DNA from: the human T2T-CHM13v2.0 reference genome, Homo sapiens
Assembly (NCBI RefSeq): GCF_009914755.1
Contig: NC_060927.1
Length of the DNA: 64,000 bases
Reading direction: 5' to 3' (one strand)
The first letter of the stretch is position 1. Every line of letters begins with the position of its first letter. The notes under the pieces were generated by a model that was not told the origin of the DNA, searched no databases, and saw only the letters and a list, made by a program, of their open reading frames with translations. The translations under genes and the position numbers were made by a program. This document shows, one piece after another, positions 34,532-47,561 of the stretch.

Positions 34532-36469
34532 TCTTAGACTTTCTCTATCCCTATATTTGGAAAGAAGGTTGGAGGAGGGGTACAGAAGGACGGAGGGAGG
34601 TAGAGAGAGTGTTAAAGAAGAAGGAAAGGGGTAAAAAAGAATGGGAATAGAGGCATGGACTAGAAACTAATTAGATGGTGAGGCAGAGACCTTGCATTGC
34701 GTATCTTACATGCACTGGCTTGGCAGCCTTGAGAACTGATGTGTATATTGAAAGCAACAGCACATGCTAGGTGTCCAGCATAATACCTGACATATATTAA
34801 GAACTCAATACATGTCTGTTATAATAATATTTTTGAGTATCCAGAGGAACTAGGCCAGCCTTTGAATTGATAGGCCCTTTGGTAATTTTCATACAGCCAT
34901 GTAGCAAAACTTATATTAAATAAATTGGGGGAATTTCATATTATACTACATTCCTTTTGCATTCTCACTGGCAGGAGTATTTAGCCTGGATGAAACTTGA
35001 TACTTCAAAAAGAATCACTTGCTAAAGGGAGAAGTGAGCCCCACCTTCTGTTAGGAAGATGTGGTGAGTACATCAATATTACAAAGATTCAGTGTGTTAA
35101 ATCAATATGTTCAAAGTAGTTTAAATGTCCAATACTGGTTTCCAACTTCTAACTTTTCTCTATCCTCTCTCTCGGCCTCTTTTCAACCATTCCTTCCTTA
35201 ATCCTTCCACCCATCCCTCTCCTAACCCCCACCATTGTAGACTAATTTCTTTTGGTTATCTTTCTAAGCCTTTGCACACTTTTCCCTATTGAGGAGCTTT
35301 GCTGTTAGGATTCTCCAGCTACTTCTGCAAAGAGGTTTTCAAAGGACTTTTGAAAATGCAGCACTGTGTATGTTTTGGTAAAATAAAGCAAACATTTTGT
35401 GTGGTTGGGTTTGTTGTTTGAAGTGTTGCAGTCTCCCTCTGGGGCCTCCTACTGTCTTCTGACTAGCACCTCAACAGCATCCCTTCTTGCTGATTTGCAG
35501 AGGGTTTGATTCTTTTTCAATAGTGCATAATGCTGCTGTCTTATTGCCTGTTTGCTTTAGTTCATATTTCTTCTCCAGATGGATTTTCTATGAAGATCAT
35601 CCCTATTTGTTTGATCTTTAATTTCAGACCTTGTCATTTTCTTCTCGAGTATGCTTTTTTATGGATGTTTCTTTTGGCAGAACCACTTCCTATGAGCCTC
35701 AGTGTGTGTTAATGGCACTTTCATTTATTATCATAGACAATTTCAATTTCTAGAGGGATAGTTGAGTTCTGTTGTGGTTCAAAGGAGAAATAAATCCTCT
35801 TGCAACTTTGGCTATTTTATTTCACTTCACTTTTGGCCTCAGAGGACGAGAGAGAAGCTGAGAACATTAGCCACATCTGTCCATGAAGATTTCTCCAATA
35901 TCAATTTGCTCCCACACCTGATGTACTGAATACTCAGAAAAATGCTCAGGCTATAAAACCATGTCTAAGGCACAGACAGTTTAAGATCAGGCTTTGAATG
36001 AAGGCCTCAGTTTATCTTACACATTACTGAAGCCCATTCTATAGAAGACTAATAGTTTCCACAGGTGTCTTGGGTGGAGAAGGGAAAAAAGTCAATGGAC
36101 TGAGATACTATTGGTCTCAGGAATCATTTGCCCAATCTACCCTAGGCCAAGCTTTGAAGGACAGGCCATCTGAATTCACTGAGTGACTGAATCCCAGCAC
36201 AGGAAATGTTGATATTCTTATTGATTCTTTAATGGCCATTTTATATCCAACCATCCGGCCATCCATCTATGCATTTATCCATCATTTATAGTAATGTCCC
36301 TAAGGCTGCTTTCTTGCTAAAAATAAGGAATATTGACAGCTGAAACTCACTTTATTATTCTGCCACAGTTTTAAGCATCCCTGCAAACACGACTTCTTTA
36401 ACGATCTCCAGTTTAATTCCACAGTATGGTTCCCTATCTGCATTATTCTCTCCTACTCTGATCATCTTA

Positions 36470-36662
36470 TTTATTTATTTAGACCCAGGGTCTCACTCTG
36501 ACACCCAGGCCGGAGTGCAGTGGTGCAGTCTTGGCTCACTGCAGCCTTGGCCTCTGGGGCTCAGGTGATTCTCCCACCTCAGCCTCCTGAGTAGCTGGGA
36601 CTACAGTTGCGCACCACCACGCCCAGCTAATTTTTTTGTAGAGATGGGGTTTCACCATGTTG
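36470..36662 (-). mobile_element. AluJ, 5'-truncated, inserted in an L2
   Basis: (TTTA)n, then agacccagggtctcactctg...ggctcaggtgattctcccacctcagcc...ttcaccatgttgg. Degenerate TSD gatcatcttattt/gatcaccctactt. L2-like sequence continues to ~36900. Confidence 0.9.
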
Positions 36663-36944
36663 GATCACCCTACTTTAAAATTGTAATATAGTTCCCTTTT
36701 CCAGCAACTTCCATTTGGTTTAACCTGTTCTTTATTTTTTCTTTGCACTTTTCACCTCCTAGCCTAATATATATTGTACTTATTTACTATGTTTACAGTT
36801 TGTTTATTGGCTGCTTCAAGAACATAAGCTCCTCTCACCATCTACTCACTGTATTCTAAGTGTGAGGCATATGGTGGGTATTTGGTAAGTATGTGTAAGG
36901 CTTCTTGGGGAAATGACCCTTCAGTGCCTTTATTCAATACTCAA

Positions 36945-37184
36945 GAGTGTTTCTCAGCCCCTAACCTGGCATTGTAGGAGACACAATGTGCGCGAGTGCG
37001 CACGAGTCTCATACACGGGAGTCTCAGCGTGTGTCTCATACATGCTGCTGGATGTGTGGCATGCCTGGCCCCTGCCCACCAATTGCCAGTAGTGACCTTA
37101 TCATCAATGTAACAATTAAAAACACCCCAGGACATTTCCAAATTCCTCATATGGCTCCAGTAAGGCTTTGCTTGATAATTACTG
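36945..37184 (-). mobile_element. MER20/MER20B-like DNA transposon relic with an atypical internal segment
   Basis: ggcatgcctggcccctgcccaccaattgccagtag...aacaattaaaaacaccccaggacatttccaaat...ttgataattactg. Confidence 0.65.
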
Positions 37185-37879
37185 CAAGTCTTAGAATAAA
37201 ACCATTTTTTTACACTGTGTTTCCACTTGGCAAATAATTAGTCCACCTTATGGCATCCTAAGGGCACTCTCAGAGATAATACACTTTCTTTTTTATATGC
37301 CTCCCTCAACAGATTTCAAAATCCTCTCACACAATTAAAGACAGTGATATTTAATGGTAAAACTCAGCTGTCAATGATGCCTTCTATGTCAGTCATTAAC
37401 AAGCCAGTAAACCAATATTTACTAAGAGCTTTTGAGCCTGACTTCATGCCATGCAGTGTCCATTTTATAGCACAAATGGTACCCCACCCACTAAGGCTGT
37501 GCCTGTGTTACCTGCGGTCAGCATCTCATCTAATCCTTCCTCACATTTTAGCAAAAACCAGGCCCTGCAGTCAAAGAACAAGTTTGACTGATTTCTTTTC
37601 ACTGGACTGGTCAGTTATTCAACCATGATGGACAAACTGCTGAGTTAAATTGGAATAACACAGGCCAAGAGAATCACATTTAAAGTCAGAGATGGCAAAA
37701 ATAACAGACATTTCTATGACAGAACATCAACAAATAATTACTGATTGTCTACTGGATACAAAGTACTGTGGTATAGGGCACCAGAAGGTGTGGTTAACAT
37801 GACATCAATTGTCATTCTGCTGGGTGACAATGAAATATGTATAGGAATGTATACTAATATTCAGATAAATGCAGATACT

Positions 37880-38075
37880 GCGAGCAGCTATGCTAAGTGC
37901 TTTACAGGCACATATCACTTAATCATTAACATGAATACCATAGGTATCCCTATTTTATAGAAGAGGAAGCTGAAGCACAGGGCAGTAAAGGGACAAGGTC
38001 ACTCAGTCGGGAATTAGTGGGGCAACAGTTTAAATTCAGGTTTCTCTCATGCCAAAGGGTCTTAACCACTGTGTG
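37880..38075 (-). mobile_element. MIR SINE
   Basis: tgctaagtgctttacaggc...ccctattttatagaagaggaagctgaagcacag...aaggtcactcag...tcttaaccactgtg. Confidence 0.75.
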
Positions 38076-39183
38076 ATAAATCAAATAGTTTTCAGTTGTC
38101 TGAAATTTTCAGTTTTCATTTACTTTGGTTGTGTAGGCACAAACACAAGAAGATCTACAGATAATGTATATTTTTTAACTTCCTTTAAATTAATGCATGT
38201 TGGATTGCTCTCTACCATTTGCCCCATCTAAGTCTTTGTAGTTGGAATCCATCGTTCTCTGCAAATTTGACATTTGATCATAAATTGCTCATCTCGAGAT
38301 GAATTACAACACCTCACATTAAAGAGGCACTTAGGGAGACATTTCTATTCCATTTCAAGAGACTTATATAAGAACCCTTTTTGATCTTTCCTAAAATTAA
38401 AATGAAAAGCCACATTTTGGCAACATTATGGAATAATACAAATGTTCAATTCTGTGGAAAAAGGTAGAGACATGACTGATCATTTGATATTTAAGGCAAA
38501 GAAATAGTGGTTTTATTTGATTTTTCATTTTGAACTCTGTCAGACTGTGATCCTTTTTTCTATCTTCATAGTTTTTAAAAAATAATCATCAGAAACAAGA
38601 AACAAAGAGAAAGCAGTAAAACACATTTTCTTTGCCTCCAGGATTGAAGACATTTTCCCCTTGGCATATACCTACTAAGTAGGAAAACCTAGAATGAAAG
38701 TTACTGTGTTGCTTCAGTAACTTCTAAGAAATCAATATAATTTTGGTTTTCTGCTATAACTCTCAAAGCATATTTGATGTATCTCTTAGTCATTGACAAC
38801 TTTCTTTATACTCTGAAGCAAAGTTATCCCAGCCAAGTGTATGTGGCTGCGGATGATAAAGTATGGCTATTTGAAGTTTGCTTCTTCTTAAAGAGAAATG
38901 CAAAGTTCCCAGAAAGACGCTAGATACAACGGTTCACATACACTTCACAAGGCACTTGCCTGACTTCTTGGACCAAATTACATTAAATCTTTGAGCCAAG
39001 AAAATTAACTCACCACTCATTGAAAAACAGTATTTCAGCCATGTCATATCTTTGGTTAAGGCAGACTTAACGGGAAAATCTCTTTCCAATATGATATGTG
39101 ATTCCTTTACAAGTACACAGTTTGTTAAGTTTTATACTTTTTTAAGAAGTAGAGGTTTTTTGTTTTTGTTTTTTTAACCAATG

Positions 39184-39189
<6 letters not shown>

Positions 39190-39224
<35 letters not shown>
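39190..39224. repeat. (TG)17 microsatellite
   Basis: Read directly from the sequence. Confidence 0.97.
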
Positions 39225-39226
<2 letters not shown>

Positions 39227-40239
39227 CCTACCAAATTCCTTAGTTAATAAGCAAGACAAATTTATTCACAGAACTCATTTTGTATTATGTAAATTTTCCA
39301 AGAAAAAAAAGAAAATCTTAATTTGTGTTTCAAAGCCTCTCTAGTTTAAGCACAATGACTTTGAAGAAACAACCAAAAAAAAGATAAAATGTGGATGCAG
39401 AATGATGTTTATTTTACATGTATATGGTACACATTGGGTACCAAAAGAAAGTCATGGTTAATTACAATAATCACTCTAGTTTGGCCAAATAACATGGAAC
39501 TAACGACATGAATTTCAACTATGGATAGTAATATTAAGTGGGTTGAAGTAATCTCTACACAATTAATTTTTTCTAGTGCCTTGGCCTCTGAAAACTTATC
39601 TTTGGTCTATATGGATCTATGTGCATCTAATTAAAGGTTCATATTTGCAATGCAGGGTTTTAGTTAAGGGAGGTTAAACATGAGATTTCCTTAGAGCGCC
39701 TCAGTGTTCATGGGCCTCTATATTCTCATATCTCTGCACCAGCAGTAGGAGGATGTGAGAGCCCAGGGAGCCCTCGAACTTCAAAATTAGATCTGTGGGA
39801 GAAAACATGTAAATCTCAGCCAGAAGAATCTATGCCTCCTTTTTCTCCCATGCTGCCTTACTCATAGCACTGATAGCATGCATGATCTGTTAGCCTTCAC
39901 TATCCTTGCAGAGGAACTGGATTCGGTGGTATGGAAAAGACATATACTATTCCATGAATATCCATGTGCTCTGCTCCATTTCCTGTTCCCTTGCAGATAA
40001 GTGAGCATACTCTGACCAGTTCTGGCCAAGGGACTCTGAATGAAAATGCTACCTTAAAGGCCAAAGTATTTAAGAGCCAGCACATGACTCTCCAGCTCTC
40101 TCTTATTCTGTCTCAGTGATACAGAGGCTGCAGGCCCAGGTGTCAGAATTATACAATACAGAAAATAGATCTCTTATAAGGGAGTTTGTAAGAAAATTGG
40201 CCCTAGAGAGCCACCAGTCCCTTAAAAGAGTTTATATGA

Positions 40240-40444
<205 letters not shown>

Positions 40445-41404
40445 CCCCCCCCTCAAAAGTTTACATTAGTGGCAAATAAACTTTGTTATGCTGGGAAGAT
40501 ATTACCAAGAATAGCTTAGTTTACTGTGACAATTTAAATCAACTGCTAAGATAACCAAAGTAATCAGAAGCTATAACAGGACATAAATGCTGAGTACAAA
40601 TATTTATTTTTGTACCTCCTCTATTGGAGAAAATCTAGAAAATAAATTCAATATATATTCCAAAGGAAAAAGGAGGAAAGTCTAGGAAGTTTTTCATTTG
40701 GGATAAAAGCCAGGAATAAATATATGACTTTCATTGGAACATTTTCAGGCACTCAGAGATTCAGAGATATCCTTAATGCTAAGTAGATGTATAATTAGCT
40801 CCCTGTTTAGGGACTCCAAAATGTGCCATGTCAAAACTGTCTCCTGAAAATGTTGCTTTGCGATTCCAAAAGCAATCAGAGGTTGTTGAAAAATCTTTGG
40901 GATTTTGCAGTGTGCAGTTTTCCCCAACAGGCCTAACATTAATCATTATAGGAAAAACATTCAAACTCCCCCATTCTTTCATAGTCTAGTCTAAACATTC
41001 AATGCAATATCATAATTCTGCAGACATAAATTCCCTCATTATCTGTGGGCCAGGTCAACCACAGCACAGCCAGCCACCTAGCAGACCCATGAGCAGGGCC
41101 TTTTGCAAAGGTGTAGCACTGGCCCTCAAAAAGACTTACAGTTAAGCACTCCAGGAGGCTGCAATTGTGCACAGCAGCCAACCTGTCTAATTGGGTCATT
41201 TTTTCACTGGGTGATTTATATAGAATGTGGACTCAAGGCTGACTGCTCTTCGAACAGTATGACTGCTTTTGTCTGACTGTACCAATGAAGCAGGATGGGG
41301 TTGCTGGTATTTAAGACCAGGCATTCTGGTCCCAAAGAAACATTGCTTTGGGCTGTAGTTCTGTGTTATTGCAAGAAGCATAGTATCCGATGTTACCAGT
41401 GTGG

Positions 41405-41545
41405 GCTCAGTTACTTCATCTGTAAAATGGGAGGCTATAACCCCACCTACCTCTTAGGGTTCTCGTGAAGATGTGCTTGAGAAGAGCTGAAACAGTGTGC
41501 CTGACACAGAGAAAGCATTCAATGAATGTGAACCATTTATGCTAT
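41405..41545 (+). mobile_element. MIR fragment
   Basis: ctcagttacttcatctgtaaaatggg...cctacctcttagggttctcgtgaagat...gtgcctgacacagagaaagcattcaatgaatg. Confidence 0.75.
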
Positions 41546-41625
41546 ACAGCATTATTACTGATATGAAGTATTAGTGATACATTATTGATATAATTATCAT
41601 CAACATTATCTGTGATGCTGGTGAT

Positions 41626-41650
41626 ATGATGATGATGATGATGATGATGA
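41626..41650. repeat. (ATG)8 trinucleotide repeat between two oppositely oriented MIRs
   Basis: atgatgatgatgatgatgatgatga. Confidence 0.9.
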
Positions 41651-41654
41651 CAGT

Positions 41655-41880
41655 AATAATCATTTTCTGAGTGCTTGCCATGTGCTTGCCAGTCTACTAA
41701 GTGCCTAATGTGGATTACTTAGTGAATCCTCAGGGCAACTATTGAGACTATTATCTCCTTTTGATGAATGAAGACACTGAGTCTTAGAAAGGTTAAGAAG
41801 CTTGATCAAAGAAGTAATAAAGCTGAAATAGAAGCCAAGCAGTTTGACTTCCGAGCCTGTGCCCTTAGTTACTACCCTCT
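41655..41880 (-). mobile_element. MIR SINE
   Basis: cattttctgagtgcttgccatgtg...gatgaatgaagacactgagtcttagaaaggttaag...gcagtttgacttccgagcctgtgc. Confidence 0.75.
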
Positions 41881-42929
41881 ACCCCAGCATTGACACAAAC
41901 ACAACCACAGCTTTTATTAGTTGTCCTTATAATGACTTAGCCTCATGCGATAAGACTGTCTGTCCCAGATAGAGCCACAAGTTACTTAACATATCTCAGT
42001 GTCAGCAGCCACAACCTGCTAGGTAACTACAACTCCAAAGTGCCCTGCCTCCTGAATGAGATGGAAAATCAGTGGAATAGGGAATGGGGGTTCTGCTTGG
42101 AAATAACCTGTAACCAGACCAGTTAAGGTGGAAAGGGGTGGCTGTGAAAAATGAAAACAATAAAACAAAACAAAATGCCAAAAAGCAGGGTGATATAGAG
42201 AGGGTTTAAAGGGTATTGCTCCCCTTTCACTCCTAGCCTGGGATTCAATTTGTGGCCAAAAGCTGATGGTAAGTGTGTGTGTATTGCAGCCATAGTCAGC
42301 AGAGCAAATGGGGACTCTCAACTACTGGTCCTACTTCCCCTAAGCAGCTGGGTAGTTAACATGTTATCCCTGCACCTGAGTAAATTAACCCATTACTCCT
42401 TACCCAGTGATCCACTTGCCCCCCCATGATGTGCACTGTAGGGAGTTCATGCTGTTTAGCTCAGAAATTCTAAGTTCACATGGAGTCCAGTTTTCCTGGA
42501 TTGTACCTTAAGTGGTTGATTGTTGGAGCCACTTCATATCTATATTTAAGTTAGACTATTGAGTACTGTCCCTCAGTTTCAGGAGCCATGGGAGCAAATC
42601 GAGGGGCAAAAGTTACTTCTGGATCTTCCCAATCATTTCTCAACCATTGAGTCACAGCCTGTGACACCAGACGTCTTTAACTTAACTCCAACCTCATTGT
42701 GCTAGGTTCTGTTTTCTCCTCAATTATTTTTTTTTCTTGCTCTAAGAAAAGGATAATACACCCCTACCTTATCTGTAACATCCAGCCACATTGTCTGGCT
42801 TGGTTATGTGACTTTCTTTGCCCAAAGGACTATAAGCAGATAAGAAATATCCATGTCTACATAGAATCTTTAAATGAGGTTGCAAGGCTTAACTTTCTGC
42901 ATTTTTGTCCTCTGCATTGTGAATAGCAT

Positions 42930-43390
42930 GGCCCCGATGAGGGCTTCTCTGCTTCAGCCTAGGTCTTGGAATAAGAGATGCACAGAATAGAGCCAAGAAG
43001 AAGTGCTGCCAACCACAGACTCATAAATGAGAAATAAATATTTGTTTATTTGGGGGTTGTTTGTTACTGCAGCCGAGGCTAATACACAAATTTTTCAATA
43101 AGAACTCAGCCTCAGCTTACATCATGTGCGCAAGTGAATCTGGGGATGCTAGGGGCTATCTTCCCTATCATTGAGTGAAAGACTATTTATGTATTAAGCC
43201 AACAGGCAAGGACAGAATCAAGAAATGTTGTAAAAGTAAGAGCTCCGAGTCCTTTGAGCCCCTGAATCCAGCTGTGCCTGAAGACTTAATGCTACATGTT
43301 ATGATTATGTGAGCCAAGACATTTCTTTTACTTTAGCTAGTTTGGATTAGGTTTCTAATCTGGTTTAAATGAATACTGACTTATATCAGG
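42930..43390 (+). mobile_element. Two old MLT1 (H/J/K-like) LTR 3' fragments
   Basis: atgagaaataaatatttg...gggttgtttgttactgcagc...gctaataca (ends ~43086), and ttgagcccctgaatccagctgtgcctgaag...atgtgagccaa...gtttggattaggtttc. Confidence 0.55.
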
Positions 43391-43505
43391 TCTCCTCACT
43401 CTTTTGCAATGATATCTGAGCACAAGCATATATGACATATTAAGTAATAGTAATCACATGGGGGTAAGTTACACTGGGGTATAAATCATTGTAATTGAAT
43501 AAGCC

Positions 43506-43979
43506 TGTCATGGGTTGAACTGGGTTCCTTCTCCACCCCCAGCTTCAAATGGATATGTTGAAGTCCTAATCACTACTACCTCAATATGTGACATTATTTG
43601 GAAATGGCATTGAGGATGCAATTAGTTCAGATGAGGCCATACTGAAATAGGGTGGGCTCCTAAACTTATATAATTGATGTGCTTATAAGAAGACAGCCAC
43701 ATGAAGTTTGAGATACACATAATGTCTTGTGACCATGAAGACAGAGATTGGAGTGATGCAGCTACAAGCCAAGGAACATCAAAGATCGCTGGCAAACTAC
43801 CAGAAGCTATAAACCAAAGGCAAGGAAGGATTCCTCTACAGGCTACAGAGAGAGCATGACCCTACCAACACCACAACTTCAGACTTCTAGTCTCCAGAAC
43901 TATGAAACAATAAATTTCTAATTTTTTAAGACACCTAGTTTGTAATATTTTGTTATGGTGGCCCTAGGAAACTAATACA
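43506..43979 (+). mobile_element. MLT1C MaLR solo LTR
   Basis: TGTCATGGGTTGAAC...gagattggagtgatgcagctacaagccaaggaac...ggccctaggaaactaatACA. Perfect 5-bp TSD AAGCC (43501-43505 and 43980-43984). Confidence 0.92.
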
Positions 43980-44059
43980 AAGCCCATCAGGTGAATTTTT
44001 ACCAACAGATCCCATGGAAAACTTCTGATGGAAATCACTATTATACTCATGAAGGTCAT

Positions 44060-44419
44060 TGACAGGGTTTGGCTCTGTGTCCCCACCCAATCTCATCTCG
44101 AATTGTAATCTCCACATGTTGAGGGAGAGACCTGGTGGGAGGTGATTGGATCAGGGGGACAGTTTCCTCCATGCTGTTCTTGTGATAGTGAGTTCTCAAG
44201 AGATCTGATGGCTTAAGTGTATGGCACTTCCCACTTTGTGCTCTCTCTCCTGCCACCTTGTGAAGAAGGTGCCTGCATCTCCTTTGCCTTCCACCATGAC
44301 TATAAGTTTCCTGAGGCCTCCCCAGCCATGAGGAATGGTGAGTCCACTAAACCTCTTTACTTATAAACTATTCCAGTCTCACATAGTTCTTTATAGCAGT
44401 GTGAAAATGAACTAATACA
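44060..44419 (+). mobile_element. THE1 (THE1C/D-like) MaLR solo LTR
   Basis: tgacagggtttggctctgtgtccccacccaatctcatctcgaattgtaatc...taagtttcctgaggcctccccagccatg...tttatagcagtgtgaaaatgaactaataca. Confidence 0.92.
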
Positions 44420-44474
44420 GCTATATTGCCATATCTATGTCCACACAATATCCAGAGACACAGAAAGGAAAAAG

Positions 44475-44697
44475 GAGGCAGCACAATGCAATGGTCATGC
44501 ACATTGGCTGAAAGATCAGGAAGACCTGAATTCAAGTCCTAGTTTGTTCATTTACTTTAGGTGATTTCTGACTCCAGTGTTCTCCTGTACATCACAGAAA
44601 AATCCATTGTTTCATTCATGATGTTTTATGAGAGTTAAACGAGGTAGTGGATGGGAGGTGCTTTACACTGTGCCTGGCAGAGTATATTTGTTAAACA
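44475..44697 (+). mobile_element. MIR SINE
   Basis: aggcagcacaatgcaatggt...agacctgaattcaagtcctag...gtgctttacactgtgcctggcagag. Confidence 0.65.
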
Positions 44698-44794
44698 ATA
44701 GATAGATAGATTAGCTAAATAGACAGACAGACAGATAGGTAACTTAGACATATAGATAGATGATAGAGAGAGAGAGACAGAGAGACAGACAGAC
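44698..44794. repeat. Compound (GATA)/(GACA)/(GA) simple repeat
   Basis: atagatagataga...agacagacagacagatag...gagagagagagacag. Confidence 0.85.
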
Positions 44795-44796
44795 AC

Positions 44797-45147
44797 TTTG
44801 GGCGACTATCAAAATATTATAAACTGGTTGGCTTATAAAAAACAAACATTTACTTCTCACACTTCTGGAGGCTAGAAATCCAAGATCAGAGTGCTAGTAT
44901 GGTCAGTTCCTGGTGAGAACCCTCTTCCAGGTTGTAGATTGTCAACTTTTTACTGTATCCTCACGTGGTGGAAAAAGAGGAAGTTAGCTCTCTGACATCT
45001 TCTTATAAGGGCACTAATCCCATTCCTGAGGGGCCCTATCCTCATGGCTTAATCACTTATCAAAGGTCCCACCTTCAAACACCATCACAATGGAGATTAT
45101 ATTTCAACATATGAATTTTGAAGGACACAAACATTCAGTCTATAACA
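44797..45147 (-). mobile_element. MLT1A-like MaLR LTR
   Basis: ctcacacttctggaggctagaaatccaagatc...cttataagggcactaatcccatt...caacatatgaattttgaaggacacaaacattcagtctataaca. Confidence 0.88.
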
Positions 45148-47561
45148 GATAGACAGATATACACACATAAAAATATATCAATGCATAAGTCTATAGATAT
45201 GAAGGTCTGTATCTTTCCTGCCTATATAAAATTTAATCAAATCATTAGCAGTTAAATAGTGAATTTTCAACACATTCCCAAATAGTTTTAACTTACTTAA
45301 TATGTTGTGTTGGTGGTAATTTTCTTGTTGTTGTTTTTTAAACTGAACTTGATTGACCTGATTTTATGTAGATATGCAAAGATACCACTTACTCATGCAG
45401 ACCTTGTTGTGTAAATAACCCAATCTTCTGTCTTTGCAAAGACAATCTTTCCCTAAGAGTTATAATCTCCTCTCAACACATCGATTATATGGATCAAAGG
45501 CCCTCTGACTTATATCAGCCTGGGCCAAAATAGTCATTACCAAAGATTTTCCACTTTCCCTCTTTAATAGACTAAGCTTTAGAATTTGGGTAATGGTTTG
45601 GATGTCAAACAAAACCTGAGAACTTGTTTAGGTTCAGAAGAAAGTGAGAGTGATAATATTCCTTTCTTCATCAATGGAGCTTTCTACCCTTTCCCGCCTA
45701 TTATGTCTAATGTTATTGTGCACCAAAAATGAAGCTCTCCTAATCTTCATTTACCTTCATAATAAAGAGAGTCTTTGTGCGAACCATTTCTACTATACTG
45801 CAAAGACACAAAGAAGAAGGCCTTTATGCTGAAGCTACAATTTGTTGACATTTTTATGGATATGAACCTGAATTGTCATGAGTGAGCTTGTTCTAGGAGT
45901 AGATGTGTCCGAGTTTTCACACATGAAAGACTGGGTCCTGACCTACCAAGAGGCAGTAAATGGAATACTCTGAGGATTAAAGACATTACTCTCAATATGT
46001 CTTCCCCATAAGCCTAAGATTCCAATTTAGTGCTACGAGAATCACCCCTCTGTATTACAATATGCATTGAGAAGACTCTCTTTGAGGTGTGTTAGAAAGA
46101 AATACCAACACACTTGAAGACCACTAGCTCATTAAGTTGATTAGTTCCTTGCCAGCCTATAATGAAATTCTAAGATCTGGAGGGAATTGAATACTGGATG
46201 ATTAAGTTTTGGCCAAGCGGTACATTACTAAAGAAATAGGGAGGAGAAAAGGGGGAGCCCTAGTCGCTTAAGAGTAAATCAAGGGGACACAAATAATCTA
46301 GGAGGGGATGGTTCCCAAATGGCCCCAGGAAGTCCTGTTGGGATGGGCACCCAGATTTTTAACCATTTTCCCTCACTCCCCATAGTACCTTAAATCAAGA
46401 ATATCCATGAATGTTACTAAATGCAGCATGCCCAAGATGGAGTCCTCCCCATGAGTTTACAAAGAAGACTCAAGTCAAGAAGACTTGATGGACTAGGAGG
46501 TACTACTTAAATGGGAAGGAAAAAGTTTCTTGCTAGATGCTGCAGGAGACTAGAAGATGAGTAGATATTCTGTGATCCTCTCAAAATTTCACAGGTTGAG
46601 CTCCTTTGCACGATTCCATACTGTTAGGCTGGGCATTCTTATCCTTTGTGACTGCTGCACAAGGAAGAAAATGAGCCACACTATCCCTTCAAACGCTGAG
46701 AGCTGGTTTGACACATTTGTGCTGGTTTGGATAACTAAGTAGGAGACCCAGGACATAAGTGGCAGCTGGCTGGCAAGGATGTCAGATGCAGAAGTACCCA
46801 GAAAACCTACTCAGGGTGTTTTCTTCCTTTCCTGGTCCCCTCCTGTTACAGGAAGGCTGACCTCTGCACATGCCATATGAGCTTGGCCCTGCGGTTTGCC
46901 TTCTGCCAAAGAAGTCCCTGATATAAAATGGAACTGCAGAACCTTGCCTTTTTAGGAGTGTCATTAGAAATCAAATCAGTATGGGCTGAACAGGCTCAAG
47001 GACTGCTGCTTTAGTGTGGCAGCTGAAGTCCAAATTTTTGAGAGTAATTGGGCCCAGGCTGTTAACAGGTGCAGCCACTTCCTACTAGGGAGAAAGAATG
47101 CCTGCCATGTGTGTTACACATGGCCTCAGAAGGAAGCCACCTGTCAAGAGAAATGCAGACACTGGGCTGGAGGGGCCCGAACAGTGATGCAAGTCTGAGT
47201 GATGACTAAATGAGGCCCCTGCAAAGGCAGAATGGCCCAGGATTGTAATTAAGACACTTTCTTACCTTCGCATGGTAAGATTTGACTTGTTATAGTGCTA
47301 TTTCTAGTCCTAAACTCACTATACGTCTATGCTATCATTTCTAAATTATATTCCATTCAACACTAGTATTTGGAGAAACACAGTTAATTTTCTGTGAGAA
47401 AAAAAAGAGTTCAGTTTTTTGGATTTGCTTAGGAGACACTTCTTTGTACAGGCTCCATCTGGCAATTCTCAGAACACATTATTCTATTATCTAAAAATGC
47501 CTGAGTAGTCCTGGAGTATAGAAGCCTGATTAATTTTAAGTCACCTTTCCCTGAACCAATA

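Noticed and set aside
34905-34926. aaaacttatattaaataaatt as the missing 3' half of the MER31-like LTR at 15.7 kb
   Set aside because: A short AT-rich match with no extension on either side, which is not enough to infer a rearrangement.
42924-42935. TAGCATGGCCCC match to U6 snRNA
   Set aside because: Only 12 bp, with no flanking U6 similarity, so a chance match.
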